A stretch of DNA of 64,000 bases, taken from assembly GCF_006345805.1 (NCBI RefSeq), contig NC_043003.1, positions 94,674,001 through 94,738,000 of the forward strand. The letters are read 5' to 3'. Positions 11,978 through 24,691 of the stretch are shown piece after piece. Source of the DNA: Octopus sinensis. Its lineage: Eukaryota. Position 1 is the first letter of the stretch. Every line of letters begins with the position of its first letter. The notes beneath the pieces were generated by a model that was not told where the DNA came from, did not search any database, and worked only from the letters and a program-made list of their open reading frames with translations. Both the position numbers and the translations under genes were made by a program.

Positions 11978-14383
11978 CAGTGGTTCCCAACTCTTTTTAG
12001 CCCAGGGACCATTTTTTACTTGAAAAACTTTCTGGGGACCACCTCTACTTTTACTTTATGCTGTTCTATTTTCACACTAAGACACTTAATGAAAAGGCAA
12101 AATAGTCTATTTACACTTTTAAAATTTATTTTAGCAAACCAAAGACAAAATTTTAAATTTATTTTAGTAAATAAAGATAAACACAGCATATTGAAATCAT
12201 TTTTCATAAAGTCGTTCATTTTTAGTCCATTCAGCTAGTGACTAGCTGGATATTGGTGTTTCTCACACAAGATATCATAATCAATTTTAATGAACTCATT
12301 TAGTCTTAGTCTGATAGTTCCTCTGTAGTTGACATCTAATTTATTTCTTTTCTACTTAAAAAATCTACAACAGCTGAAAATGCAGATTCCACCATCCATG
12401 TGGTAGGGAAAGAAGTGATGCTTGCTTCTACATGTTGAAAAGTATTTGGGTGTGATTCCTTCTTTTTCAAATCTTCTTCTCAGTTTCATATTCTCTCTCA
12501 AATCCAACTACTTTTCAACCAACTCAAAATTATCATCTCCTGGCTCATAATTTTCTATGTCTACAAACCAGAGTGGATAATCTATCTCTAATAAATCATT
12601 GTATCTTCTCTCAAAGTCTACATGAAGACCTTCAAGATGGGTAATGCATGCAGCAATGCATTCCAATGTAGGGACAGTGGTGTTAAAATTTTGAAATGAT
12701 GCCAAATATCTTTTTTCAAACTGTTTTTTTCTAAAATATTAATTTCCCCATATACCCTTTTATCTTATGAGAACAGGTGACCAATTCTGATTTTCTACCT
12801 TGCAGCTCTAAGTTAAGCAGATTCATTGTTTAAAAATATCACTCAAGTAGATTATTTTTGATTTAAACTCATAAAGTCTTTCCAAAATGTTCTTAACTGT
12901 ATCAGCTTGCTTCTTGGAGTTGTAATGAGTCATCTGACTCTTGAACATGAAAAAGTTGATTAATAGTTCCCACAAATTCATTAGTCTTTCAAGGCTCAAG
13001 CCTTTTGACAACCATCTAACTTCTGTGTGAAGCAATAGGGTTTTAAAATCTTCATATTCACAGAATTGCATAAAAAATCTATTATTCACTGAGTTTGATC
13101 TGACAAAGTTAATTGCATGTATGGCAGTGTGGAGTGCTTCTTCTGTGTGTCCTCCAATATTCTTAGCAACCAAATGCTGTCTGTAGATAATGCAATGTAT
13201 ATAAAAAATGTGAAGAGCAACTGATTTCATTCTAGAAACAAAGCCTCTCACTTTTCCAATCATGGCTGCAGCTCCATCTGATGCAATGTTGATCAAATTA
13301 GTCAATGGAATATTTTTATCATTAAAATACTGCATTACTTCTTTGAATATATCTTCTCCAGTAGTAGTTTCTGACAAACTTTTAATGAATAACATTTCTT
13401 CCCTTATATCATCTTCATGGATGAATCTGACATAGACCAGAAGAATAGCTTGGTTATGAATTGTGCTATCATGAACCTGGATAGAAAAATTTGTCTTTTG
13501 GAGAATTTCTCAGCAAAATTAGACATTTCATCCTGTCTTCTTGTAATTGTGCTATTTGAAAGTGGAATTGTATTCAGAGGAGATGCAGCATCTTTTCCCA
13601 GAACCTCATTTGCTCAAGCTATCATAGCAGGCTTGACAAGTTTCTCACCATAAATCTGAGGTGCAATAAATTCAGAAACCAAATAACTTGGTTTGAGTAT
13701 CTTTGCTTTTTCAGTATTTATCTTCTTTATAAAGTCAGGTAGTTTGATTAGCTCTATTTTCTTTTTATTCTCAAAATATTCCCTAGCTTTACCAACAGAT
13801 GATGGATGCCTTAATTTCTGGTGCTGCTTCATGGAATGGAATGATTTGTCATGATGGCATCACATTCAAGACACATAGGTTTTGAGTCTACAGATACAAA
13901 ACTAAACATGATAAAATCTTCTTTGTAGTTCTTCAGTTTTTGCCTTTTTAGAAGTTGGTTCAGACGTTATTACAACTGATCTTTAAAAAAATAAAAATAA
14001 TAAATACTTTATTCTATAAATTAAACGTATCAAATTTATTATTAAACTATATTGTGTAGTGATCTATAAAAAATATCAAATTTATTATGTAACTATTGTG
14101 ATTGTAAAATTTAAATTATGTAATTCTTAATTGTAATATATTATTGATTATATATTATACATTATTGATTCTTATGGAATAATTATTGAATTTTGTTTTC
14201 TTGTTATTATTATTCTGTCTTCATATAAATTATTATTATTAACTTACAGTGTCTTTATTATTGACCAATATTGTGTAGATCTGAAACGGCTTCAATTTTT
14301 TTATGGCTACGAATTCTCTAGGGACCTCTAGAAAGTCTCTGGGGACCACCGGTGGGACCCAGAGACCATGTTGGGAATCACTG
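11978..14383 (-). mobile_element. Full-length hAT DNA transposon, Buster/Charlie group
   Basis: TIRs cagtggttcccaac (11978-11991) and gttgggaatcactg (14370-14383). Perfect 8-bp TSD ATCTACAG at 11970-11977 and 14384-14391 with central TA (Buster signature). Subterminal gggacc repeats and an internal transposase. Confidence 0.95.
12235..13967 (-). pseudogene. Disrupted hAT (Buster; ZBED5/SCAND3/GTF2IRD2-like) transposase
   Basis: Fragments contain SDGAAAMIG..GF, HCIIYRQHL, LLLHTEVRWLSKG, an N-terminal BED-finger remnant and C-terminal QYPASH*. It is split by stops and frameshifts, and the likely start reads ACG at 13967. Confidence 0.9.
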
Positions 14384-15313
14384 ATCTACAGCATACCTGC
14401 AGGAAAAATCTTAATAAATTTGTCATTACGCATTTCATAAGATGTAACCTGGATGTTTAATATGTCAGCAGTTCTAGCTATGTTGTTTGAAGCAAAACAA
14501 AAGAGTCCTCTTTTACTTGCACCAGTTCTTTTTGGAGTTACTACTCTCTGAGGTAGATTGCTCAAAATGTGGCTTTGAAAGTCCATGTTTCATTTATGAC
14601 CCATTTTCGGTCTGGATTCTATCACTGGAGACACTTCTTGTAACCATTGGCTTTACAGTGTGTACCCAGCCCTTTTTTGTTGTGCTACCAGTAAGACGCA
14701 TGTGCGTTGTGCGTGTGTGTATGTGCATATGTGTATGTGCATGTGTGTGTGTATGTGTGTGTGTGTGCAAGCAAGGTTGGAACTTTAGCTGTTTCCTGCA
14801 TAATATATATATGTAATACCATAATACTGTCACCATGTGGATTGCTTTCCTCATTCATAGGCCATTGGTATGAGGAATCATAGCTTGTTACTTTAAGGCT
14901 TTTAATTTAGATGGTAGAATTTGAGATGTTACTTTGGTGTTGTGGCTAGCACTTCTGTATGGTTTATAGCAAATGCAAAGATCATTTCTCATGTGTGATG
15001 TAAAAAATTTTTCTATCTCCTCTATCTCTCTCAATATATATTCGAGCTGCAGAAGTTGCTGTGTGATAAGAAGCTTGCTTCCCAACCACATGGTTCCAGG
15101 TTTAGTGCTACTGCATGCCACCTTGGGAAAGTGTCTTCTACTATAGCCTCGGGCTGGCAAGCTGGAGAGCTGTACCAGGTTCCAGGTTGATTTGACTCAG
15201 TTTCTACTGTTAGATGTGCTTCCTATAACTGATCACCTTACAGAGTGTTCTGGGTGCTTATTTACAAAGCACCAGCATGGCACTATGTACAGGACTGGCA
15301 CGGGTACTTTTTA

Positions 15314-15580
<267 letters not shown>

Positions 15581-16366
15581 TATAAATATATATATGTACA
15601 TATACACATAATATATTATATATATGTGTGTGTAAATATACACACACACTTTTGTATCTGTGTCTGTGTGAATCGCATACATATGTTTATATGGGTGTGT
15701 TTGACTCAATGTGTTTTCACAGGAACACTGTTGCGCAGTGACAACACTGTTTATGCAAAGCATAAACAATGTCACCGCTGTGTTCAGCAGATCTCCTTAC
15801 AGAAAAATGGAATAAATTAATTTAACTGAAATCAAATGAAAGATGGTCTCACGGAGAGCTTTTGGCTCTAGAATACTGCTGGAAGAAGTTTCATTCTGTC
15901 CAAGCCAGCATGGAATAAGTGGATGTAAAAATAATGCTGATGATCATGATTATGATAATCATCATGATGCTGGTGATGACAAAAATGATGTCACCTGAAG
16001 ATTGTGAACAAAAATTCCAAGTATCAACTCAAGCATATACAACTTTCAATAAATATATTGATTACTTTATCTGCTGCATTGCCATTCACACCAGTATGAA
16101 AGCAGAATAGTGTTTGTGAGAGAAAGATAGGCGGAGGAAGGGAAGTGAATGAATACATCAAGATCAGTGACAAACAGAGAAATGGTAGTGAGGGAAATGG
16201 AGGACAAATGTAGTGAGAGCATCCTAGCCATCCAAAACTACCCACTTTAGTGATCTTTTGATCATGTTTGCATGAGGGTGTCAGATTTTTTTCTCGCACT
16301 GTATGTCACCAATTACTGTGGTCCTTTGTCATACATATCTGTTGTAAGGTTCAACATTTTGGTATT

Positions 16367-16850
16367 CATCATCATCATTATTATCATTTAACATCCGCTT
16401 TCCATGCTAGCATGGGTTGGATGATTTGACTGAGGTCTGGCGAACCAGACTCCAATCTGATCTGGCAGAGTTTCTACAGCTGGATGCCCTTCCTAACGCC
16501 AACCACTCCAAGAGTGTAGTGGGTGCTTTTATGTGCTACCAGCATGAGGGCCAGTTTGGTGGTACTGGCAACGGTCATGCCCAAATGGTGTTTTTTACAT
16601 GCCACCTGCACAGGAGCCAGTTCAGTGGCACTGGCGCCGACCTCGCTCGAATGTTTCATGTGCCACCAGCACAAGTGCAAGTAAGGCAATGTGGTAACGA
16701 TCACGCTTGAATGGTGTGCTTAACATGCCATCGGCATGAAGGCCAGCTTGTTGCTCTGGCAACGATCTCATTCGTATGGTACTCTTAGTGCTCCACTAGC
16801 AATGGATGCCAGTCACCGAGTTTGATTTCGACTTCGATTTCGATTGTGGT
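16367..16850 (-). mobile_element. RTE-LINE 3' UTR/tail copy with (GAT)n tail
   Basis: (cat)n + tttaacatccgctttccatgctagcatgggttgg...ggatgcccttcctaacgccaaccac + several gtgccacc/aaaagcacc units. Same family as the UTR following the RTE ORF at 7072. Confidence 0.8.
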
Positions 16851-16954
16851 TAGCATTTCTGTACTGTCTACGAAAAATGCAATGATCATCTCTAATAGGT
16901 GATGTAATAATTTTTTTTTCCCATCTCCACCATCTCTCTCATGGTACATCTTTT

Positions 16955-17300
16955 ATCTTTTACTAGCTCCAGTCATTGGACTGGAACCATGCTGGGGCAC
17001 TGTCTTGCCTTTTTAGTCAAATGTATCAACCCCAGTACTTAATTTTTAAGTCTGGTACTTATTCTATTGGTCTCTTTTGCCAAACTGTTAAGTTACGGGG
17101 GATGCAAACACACCAACACCAGTTATCAAGTGGTGATGGATGACAAAGACATACACAAAGACACACTTACACACACACACACATACAGTGAGCTTCTTTC
17201 AGTTTCCGTCTACCAAGTCCACTTTTAAGACTTTGGTCAGCCCAAACAAGACACCAGCACAAGGTGCTTCACAACCACAACCAAACTTCTTACCACACGG
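16955..17300 (-). mobile_element. SINE family A copy, degenerate
   Basis: Reverse-complement match to family A body and tail. Confidence 0.8.
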
Positions 17301-17507
17301 TTATACTTTTATGTTTATTCAACACACACACACATGTATATATAATATCTATATACAAATGTAAAAACATAAAGTTTGGAGGTATGTAAGGTGAATATAT
17401 ATCTATTTAACCACGTAATTTTCATAAGATTACAGCTGTTTCACAACCTTCTTTATTTGGTACTAAGAAAGTTATAAAACAGCTGTAATCCTATGAAAGA
17501 CAGATAG

Positions 17508-17570
<63 letters not shown>

Positions 17571-17601
17571 CAGATAGGTAGATAGATAGATAGATAGACA
17601 G

Positions 17602-17653
<52 letters not shown>

Positions 17654-17782
17654 TATATATATTATATATATATATAATATGTATGTGTGTGTGTGTGAGA
17701 GAGAGAGCGAGAGAGAGAGAGCTAGATAGATGGGTAGGCAGATATACATATATATATAAATGTATGAATATATACATGCATG

Positions 17783-17824
<42 letters not shown>

Positions 17825-17870
17825 TGTGCGCACACACACGCACGCACACACACACATACATATACACACA
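17508..17870 (+). repeat. Compound (TA)n,(GA)n,(GATA)n,(CA)n microsatellite
   Basis: Direct reading. Confidence 0.95.
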
Positions 17871-18191
17871 TTGGATAATTACTGTTATCTCACCAAGACT
17901 AAAAGGAAACATAATTATATCTACAATAAGGAATTTTGTGTTTAAACTAAGATTGCAAATTAATGCTTGTAACAACCTGGTTGAAGAAGATAATGTTAAC
18001 TGCCTCTACATGTAAAGAGAGTCAATGCCTTGTAGATAATGAAATGTTTTGGACTGAGTGCAGAGTGAAATTGAAGCATAAACATTCCCACTCAAAAGAG
18101 TGCCATTAAGAGAAATTTAGAGCATAACTGGCAGATGTCTGACCAAATACCTAGTTGTGTTTGTGTATGTACTTTCATGTCCTGTGGGCCT

Positions 18192-18445
18192 GAGGGTACT
18201 GTTGCAATGTAAAAAGCACCCAGTACACTGTGTAAAAAGTGGTTGCTGTTAGGGAAGACATCCAGCCGTAGTAACCAAGCCAAAACAGACATGAGGCCCA
18301 TACAGCTCTCCAGTCGACCAGCTCCTGTCAAACAGTCCAGCACATGCCAGTATGGGAAAATGGATATTAAATGATGATGATGGTGGTGGTGGTGGTGGTG
18401 GTGGTGGTGGTGGCGGTGATGATGATGATGATGATGATGATGATG
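18192..18445 (+). mobile_element. RTE-type 3' tail copy ending in (GAT)/(GGT)n
   Basis: taaaaagcacccagtacact...agggaagacatccagccgtag...ttaaatgatgatg. Confidence 0.75.
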
Positions 18446-19524
18446 TTCTAAATGTCAATCCTGGCAGAGTTGGTTTTCTCATCTATTCTGGATCAAAATA
18501 GATAATACCGTGATATATTAACTCTTTGACTGCATAATTAGATTTCATGATCATTCTTGTAATGATGTTAATTAGCTACCAAAAAAAACAGAATTAATGT
18601 TTTTCGCTCTTGCTATACGTTTTCCAGTATATCCTGTAGATATGGCTTTCATATCCACCACTAGAAGTATTTGATTCTATTCTTACACTGTTTTGGGAAA
18701 TTTGTTCATGAGAAAAATATTAAAGAAATATCTGAAAAATTGTCTTGTGTAAAAGCGTCACTGGCTATGAAGTGGAGTTTTTTTAAAGCCTTTGGGCTAC
18801 ACAGAAACCAAAGAAAGCCTGTTGTGTGTATGTGTGTGTGTGTGCATAGATGTTTATATCCGTATGTATGTAAGTGTATGTGTCTCCTCATCTTGACATC
18901 ACATGACAGTTCAAAACAAGCATGAGATGTTGTTCATTTCAAGGAAAATTTTTGCCATAGGGAAACATTAAGCTGTCTGGAAACAGGTAAGGGGTAGGGG
19001 AAGGGGCAGGAAAGGTACTGGGCCGTAGGACATCTGCCTCGACAAATTCTGTCTAACCTATGCAAGGATGGAAAAGTGAATGTAAAAACAATGGTAATGA
19101 TAATGGTAACCGGGTCCTTGGTTATTTTTAGCAAAGTTTACTGTGTTATACATTTTAAAATCATTTGGTTTCCTTCTTGTCTTCTTTTTTTTTTCTTCAA
19201 GTATTAATCTGCAGATGTTCAGGCTTATCATCAATGATACCATTCTCACTAGTCTGAGAAGGCCTCCAAAATTTATGACACTGCCTGTCCTTTCTTAAAT
19301 AACTTGCAAAAAAGTGCAAGATGAACTGGGTTCATCATCAACAATATCATCATCATTTAACATCAATTTTCCATGCTGGCATGAGTTAGATGATTGACAG
19401 GGGCTGGCTAGGTAGAAGCCTGCACCAGGCTTCACTGTCTGTTTTGGCAAGGTTTTTATGGCTGGACGCCCTTCCTAACATCAACCACCTTACACAGTGG
19501 ATCATATAATTAATTAAAAACAGG

Positions 19525-19825
19525 CACTCTGTCTGTTATGACAATGAAGGTTCCTGTTGATCCAATTAGCCAAACAGCCTGTTCATGAAATTAATGTGCA
19601 ACTGGCTAAGCACTCCACAGACACACTTAAGGAGATTCAGCATGACACAGAATGTGACAAGGCTGGCCCTTTGAAATACAGGTACAACTAATTTTTGACA
19701 GCTGAGTAGACTGGAGTGATATGAAATAATGCGTCTTGCTCAAGGACTTATTGTGCTACCAGGAATCAAACTCACAACCTTATGATCAGGAACTGAATAC
19801 CCTAACCACTAAGCCACATGCCTCC
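19525..19825 (-). mobile_element. tRNA-derived SINE family C
   Basis: Minus-strand head gtggcttagtggttagg...gagtttgattcctgg, then ccttgagcaagac..ctccagtctactcagctg. A partial second copy lies at 40640-40810. Confidence 0.7.
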
Positions 19826-20816
19826 AATTAATTAATTGTAATGAACTAATTACACATGAACATACTTGTAGTGAAACCCAACTAAAGGTTTCTGAGAAAG
19901 ACTGCCCCAAATATTATCGTTGGCATCTTGATTTTGATCCAGCAGACCAGATGCTTTTTATTATAATTATAGTTCTCATAACTTCAAACTTTGGATACAA
20001 ATTTGGTTACATGATTAAAAATGTTTGCTTTGCAATCATGCAGTTCTGGGTTAAAATCCACTGCAAAGCACTCTGGACAAGTGTTTTCTTTTTAAGTTAT
20101 GTTTTGAGAGTGAAGTTTAGTTACCAGGAACTGTACATATGTGTGTGCGTGTGTGTGTGTGTGTGAGTGTGCATGTGCATGTGTGTGTGTGAGTATGTGT
20201 ATGTACGTGTGCATGTGCATGCTTCTATGTTTGTGTGTATTGAAGAAGGATTGTGAATAAATCAGTGTGTTGTATAAAGTTACATTTATGATATTTATTT
20301 CATCTGTGTTATGCACCTCACATCAAGGCAGATTATGAAATACATGTCAGGCAACATATTAGGATCAATAAAATGAAATAATGCTTTTAAATGTGTTGCC
20401 TCAGCATGGATGCAATCCAATCACTAAAACAAGGAACAGAATGAAAGAGCAAAAGGTTTTTTTTTTCAATGAACAGAAAAACCTGTGTGCCATGTCCAAT
20501 AAGTCCACCATAATCAATTCACTACAGGGAAAGTTCACTGAATGAATTTTTTGACATAAGTTTTCAACTTCAATTTTACTCTCGTTATTATTTTTTTTCA
20601 ATAAAATAGTTTTTAACAGTTAATGGTGAGTATATTTTCTCAGTAAACTTTTCTTGGGATGAACTTTCCTCATGTTGAACTTTCTTTACAGTGAATCGAT
20701 GGCTGTGAACTTACCTGTAATCCCTACATGTGGTACCTATATACAATCATGAGAACTGAAATTTAAACATAATGTTCAGAAACAGAGAGATGTGTTTGTA
20801 ATACAAAATGAATTTA

Positions 20817-21062
20817 TCATCATCATCATCATTTAGCGTCCGCTTTCCATGCTAGCATGGGTTGGACAGTTCAACTGGGGTCTGTGAAGCCAGAAGGCTG
20901 CATCAGGCCCAGTCTGATCTGGCAGTGTGTCTACGGCTCGATGCCCTTCCTAACGCCAACCACTCCGTGAGTGTAGTGGGTGCTTTTTACGTGCCACCCG
21001 CACAGGTGCCAGACGGAGCTGGCAAATGGCCACGGATGGATGGTGCTTTTTACGTGCCACCG
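20817..21062 (-). mobile_element. RTE-type 3' tail copy
   Basis: (cat)n + tttagcgtccgctttccatgctagcatggg... Confidence 0.8.
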
Positions 21063-21289
21063 AATTCAGTTCAATTAATAATTAACATCCTTTGGAGACA
21101 AAGAACTGGGAATAGCCTTAGACATTTCTCTTGCTCTTAGTATTCAATAGCAAAATGCCACCAAGAACAGTAATTGAATCTCATGGCTCATTAATTAGTA
21201 ATTTATGTATTAAATATTTTCTTTTGATATATCACTGAACCTAATCGAGTTTCTCATTAATTTTTTTAATTTCTTGCTTTGGTTTACAT

Positions 21290-21927
21290 CATTGGTTCTC
21301 GACAAGGGTCTATATGACCCCTGGGTGGGGGTCTATATAAGTCTTTTGGGTGGCAGTGGGTGGATCCACTCAGCAAAATAGTAAATTGGAGATCCACAAT
21401 AGTATTTTAAGGGCCCCTGAAAATATTCTGCTTTTGATGTATGCATTGGTATGTATTGCAAGAAACAGGTAGGTTTCTTTCTCTAACATTTTACATAGTT
21501 CAACCTACTCAAGTTAATGTGTGTAAAACAAAATAGGAATTTTGAAAGAAGTTTCAATAAAACTAGTTTTTAAACATCAAATGGCTATGGGGGTCCACTA
21601 GAATAAAGTAGTAATCAAAGATCATCATCATCATCATCATCGTTTAACATCCGCTTTCCATGCTAGCATGGGTTGGACAATTTTGACTGAGAGCTGGCGA
21701 ACCAGATGGCTGCACCAGGCTCCAATCTTGATTTGGCAGAGTTTCTACAGCTGGATGCCCTTCCTAACGCCAACTACTCCGAGAGTTTAGTGGGTGCTTT
21801 TTACATGCCACCGGCACGGGAGCCAGTCAGGCAGTACTGGCAACGACCTCGCTCAAATCTTTTTAAACATGCCACCAGCATAGGTGCTAGTAAGGCGAAT
21901 AGACAAAAAAATGGTTGAGATCCCCTA
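21290..21927. mobile_element. Non-autonomous hAT (Buster-type) MITE interrupted by an RTE tail
   Basis: Ends cattggttctcgac / gttgagatccccta resemble the TIR of 11978-14383. Flanks gtttacat (21282-21289) and ggttacat (21928-21935) form a 7/8 TSD with central TA. Confidence 0.7.
21622..21897 (-). mobile_element. RTE-type 3' tail copy nested in the hAT MITE
   Basis: (cat)n + cgtttaacatccgctttccatgctagc... Confidence 0.8.
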
Positions 21928-22004
21928 GGTTACATTAAATTGGGATTTCTTTTCATCATCATCATTTAACATCTGCCTTTCATGTTGGTATGGGTTGGAC
22001 AGTT

Positions 22005-22409
22005 TACTCTTAACTCTTTTACTTGTTTCAGTCATTTGACTGTGGCCATGCTGGAACACCGCCTTTAATCAAGCAACTCGACCCCGGGACTTATTCTTTT
22101 GTAAGTCCAGCACTTATTCTATCAGTTTCTTTTGCCGAACAGCTAAGTAACGGGGACATAAACACACCAGCATCGGTTGTCAAGCAATGCTAGGGGGACA
22201 AACACAGACACACAAACACACACATGCATATATATATACATATATATGACAGGCTTCTTTCAGTTTTCGTCTACCAAATCCACTCACAAGGCTTTGGTCG
22301 GCCCGAGGCTATAGTAGAAGACACTTGCCCAAGGTGCCACGCAGTGGGATTGAACCCGGAACCATGTGGTTGGTAAACAAGCTACTTACCACACAGCCAC
22401 TCCTACGCC
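22005..22409 (-). mobile_element. SINE family A copy, full length
   Basis: Reverse-complement match. Confidence 0.9.
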
Positions 22410-22419
22410 TGATGGGATT

Positions 22420-22790
22420 CGATGAATGAAAGGGCTGAGTCATGTCCCGATGTCTGTTTTCAGTAAGGTGAGAACTAGCATTGAGTACAGAGACATGTCC
22501 AGTAGGCAAGTCTTCTTATTCATCACAGTTGTCCAAGCCATAATAGAGGATTTAAGACTGGTTGTCTGTGCGAATGGCTCTATGTTGGCAACCTCAAAGT
22601 GCAAGGACACCTATTGACGAGAATCAAGTCCACAAATCTATCCTATTTTGGACATTCAGTGCACCACAAGTCATTGTCCAAGACTTCCTGACAGGAAGTG
22701 TGATGGCAAAGAGAGCAGGAGGCGTCAAAAATGTTTGTGGAATGATGACGTCAAGGAATGAACAGGAAACTACAGCCTGGCTGATTGTAT
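22420..22790 (+). mobile_element. Degenerate RTE-clade LINE C-terminal fragment, second subfamily
   Basis: Across frameshifts it reads YFGHSVHHKSLSKT..LTGSV..GKESRRRQKCLWNDDVKE*TG, matching the RTE YFGH...GKRxRGRQKxxWxDDIKEWTG pattern. Confidence 0.7.
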
Positions 22791-22916
22791 GCATACAACA
22801 TATCATTGAGGGAATTGAGAAGTCTTGAAAAATTGAGCCTTGGACACTGGTGGTGGTGGGGGGGGGCATCTGATTGATAATGTGTGTGTGCGTGCGCACG
22901 TGCATGTGCATGTGCA

Positions 22917-22971
<55 letters not shown>

Positions 22972-23064
22972 CTTTGTGAGTTTGTAAATTTCTGAGCAGT
23001 ATCATTGGGCAGGGGTGTTATGGTATGATGTATAGAGATGCAGAGAGGATTGTAGTTGAAATAA

Positions 23065-23095
<31 letters not shown>

Positions 23096-23110
23096 GAAGG
23101 AAGGAAGGAA

Positions 23111-23160
<50 letters not shown>

Positions 23161-23570
23161 AAATTACCAGTAAACAGATGTATATGCAAGCAAATAGTCA
23201 TAGCAAGTTGGTGAGTGACTCATTGCCAATCAGCTGACTGGTCTTCTTTTGGATGTTTCTATACATAATGGCAACACCATCCCAGATAAATAAATCTATC
23301 TGTCTATCTAGGTAGCTATCTGTTTGTCTGTCTGTCTGTCAGTCTGCCTCACACACACACACTCTCTCTCTCTCTCTCTGTATATATATATGTATATATA
23401 TATATACACACAGACACACACAAATAGATATATAGGTATTTAGGCACATAGGTAGATAGGTAAATAGGTAGGTATGTTGGTATCTATCTATCTATCTATC
23501 TATCAATCTTCCAGCCTACCTACATACCTACCTGCCTACATACCTACATACTTACCTACCTACCTACCTA

Positions 23571-23805
23571 CCTATTTCTTTACTACCCACAAGGGTCCAA
23601 ACACAGAGGGGACAAACAAGGACAGACAAATGGATTAAGTCGATTACATCAACCCCAGTGCGTAACTGGTACTTAATTTATCGACTCCGAAAGGATGAAA
23701 GGCAAAGTCGACCTCGGCAGAATTTGAACTCAGAACGTAACAGCAGACGAAATACCGGTAAGCATTTCGCCCGGAGTGCTAACGTTTCTGCTAGCTCGCC
23801 GCCTT
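23571..23805 (-). mobile_element. SINE family B copy
   Basis: Full-length match. Confidence 0.9.
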
Positions 23806-24264
23806 TCCTACCTACCTACCCACCTATATATATATTTATATATATTGATTTCCAGTTTTGACACAGAGCCATTTCAGGGGTTGAGTAAGTTGATAACACC
23901 AACCTCAGTGCTCAATTGGTAGGTATTTATTTTATTGACTCCAAAAGAATGAAAGGTAAAGTCAGCCCCAGCACTCAGCAGCATTTGAGCTCAAAAAGAT
24001 AAAGTCGAATGAAAAGCCAGAAATGCCACTACGTATCTCACATGGCATGCTAACGATTCTACTAGCTCACCTTTATACATATAGGTGTAGGCGTAGCTGT
24101 GTGGTGGCAAATTTAATGAAATAAAGAAGCTTGCTTACCAACCAAATGGTTCTGGGTTCAGTCCCACTGCATGGCACCTTGGGCAAGTGTCTTCTACTAT
24201 AGCCTCAAGCTTACCAAGCCTTGTGAGTGGATTTGGTAGATGGAAACTGAAAGAAGCCCGTCAT

Positions 24265-24289
<25 letters not shown>

Positions 24290-24297
<8 letters not shown>

Positions 24298-24574
24298 AAA
24301 GGGCTTAGTAAATAAATTACTTTGCCGCACTGAACTCATTAGAAATAGCAGCTAAAAAACTTTTTTAAAGCTATTTCTAATACTTAAAAAAATCTCTCTC
24401 ATATATAGTGCTTGCTTATTCAACTCACTTTTGTGAGTTGAATTAAGCAAGCACTATATATGAGAGAGATTTTCTTTAAGTATTAGAAATAGCTTTAAAA
24501 AAGTTTTTTAGCTGCTATTTCTATGAGTTCAGTATGCGGCAAAGTAATTTATTTTACTAAGCCTTTTATATAAT
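24290..24574. repeat. Near-perfect 285-bp palindrome (about 140-bp arms, TTTT loop at 24429-24432)
   Basis: Arms compared base by base differ only by six 1-2 nt indels. Confidence 0.95.
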
Positions 24575-24691
24575 GTAATAATTTGAATTCGCCTTGAAGG
24601 TCCCTTTGCATACTGAACACTTGGTGAAATTGATTAATAATTAATTAATTTTGCCCTCAATTGTTGAAATTATATATATATATATATATAT

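Noticed and set aside
12823-13395. Possible domesticated ZBED5/SCAND3-like host gene
   Set aside because: It lies between intact TIRs and a TSD and is broken by stops and frameshifts, so it is a transposon copy.
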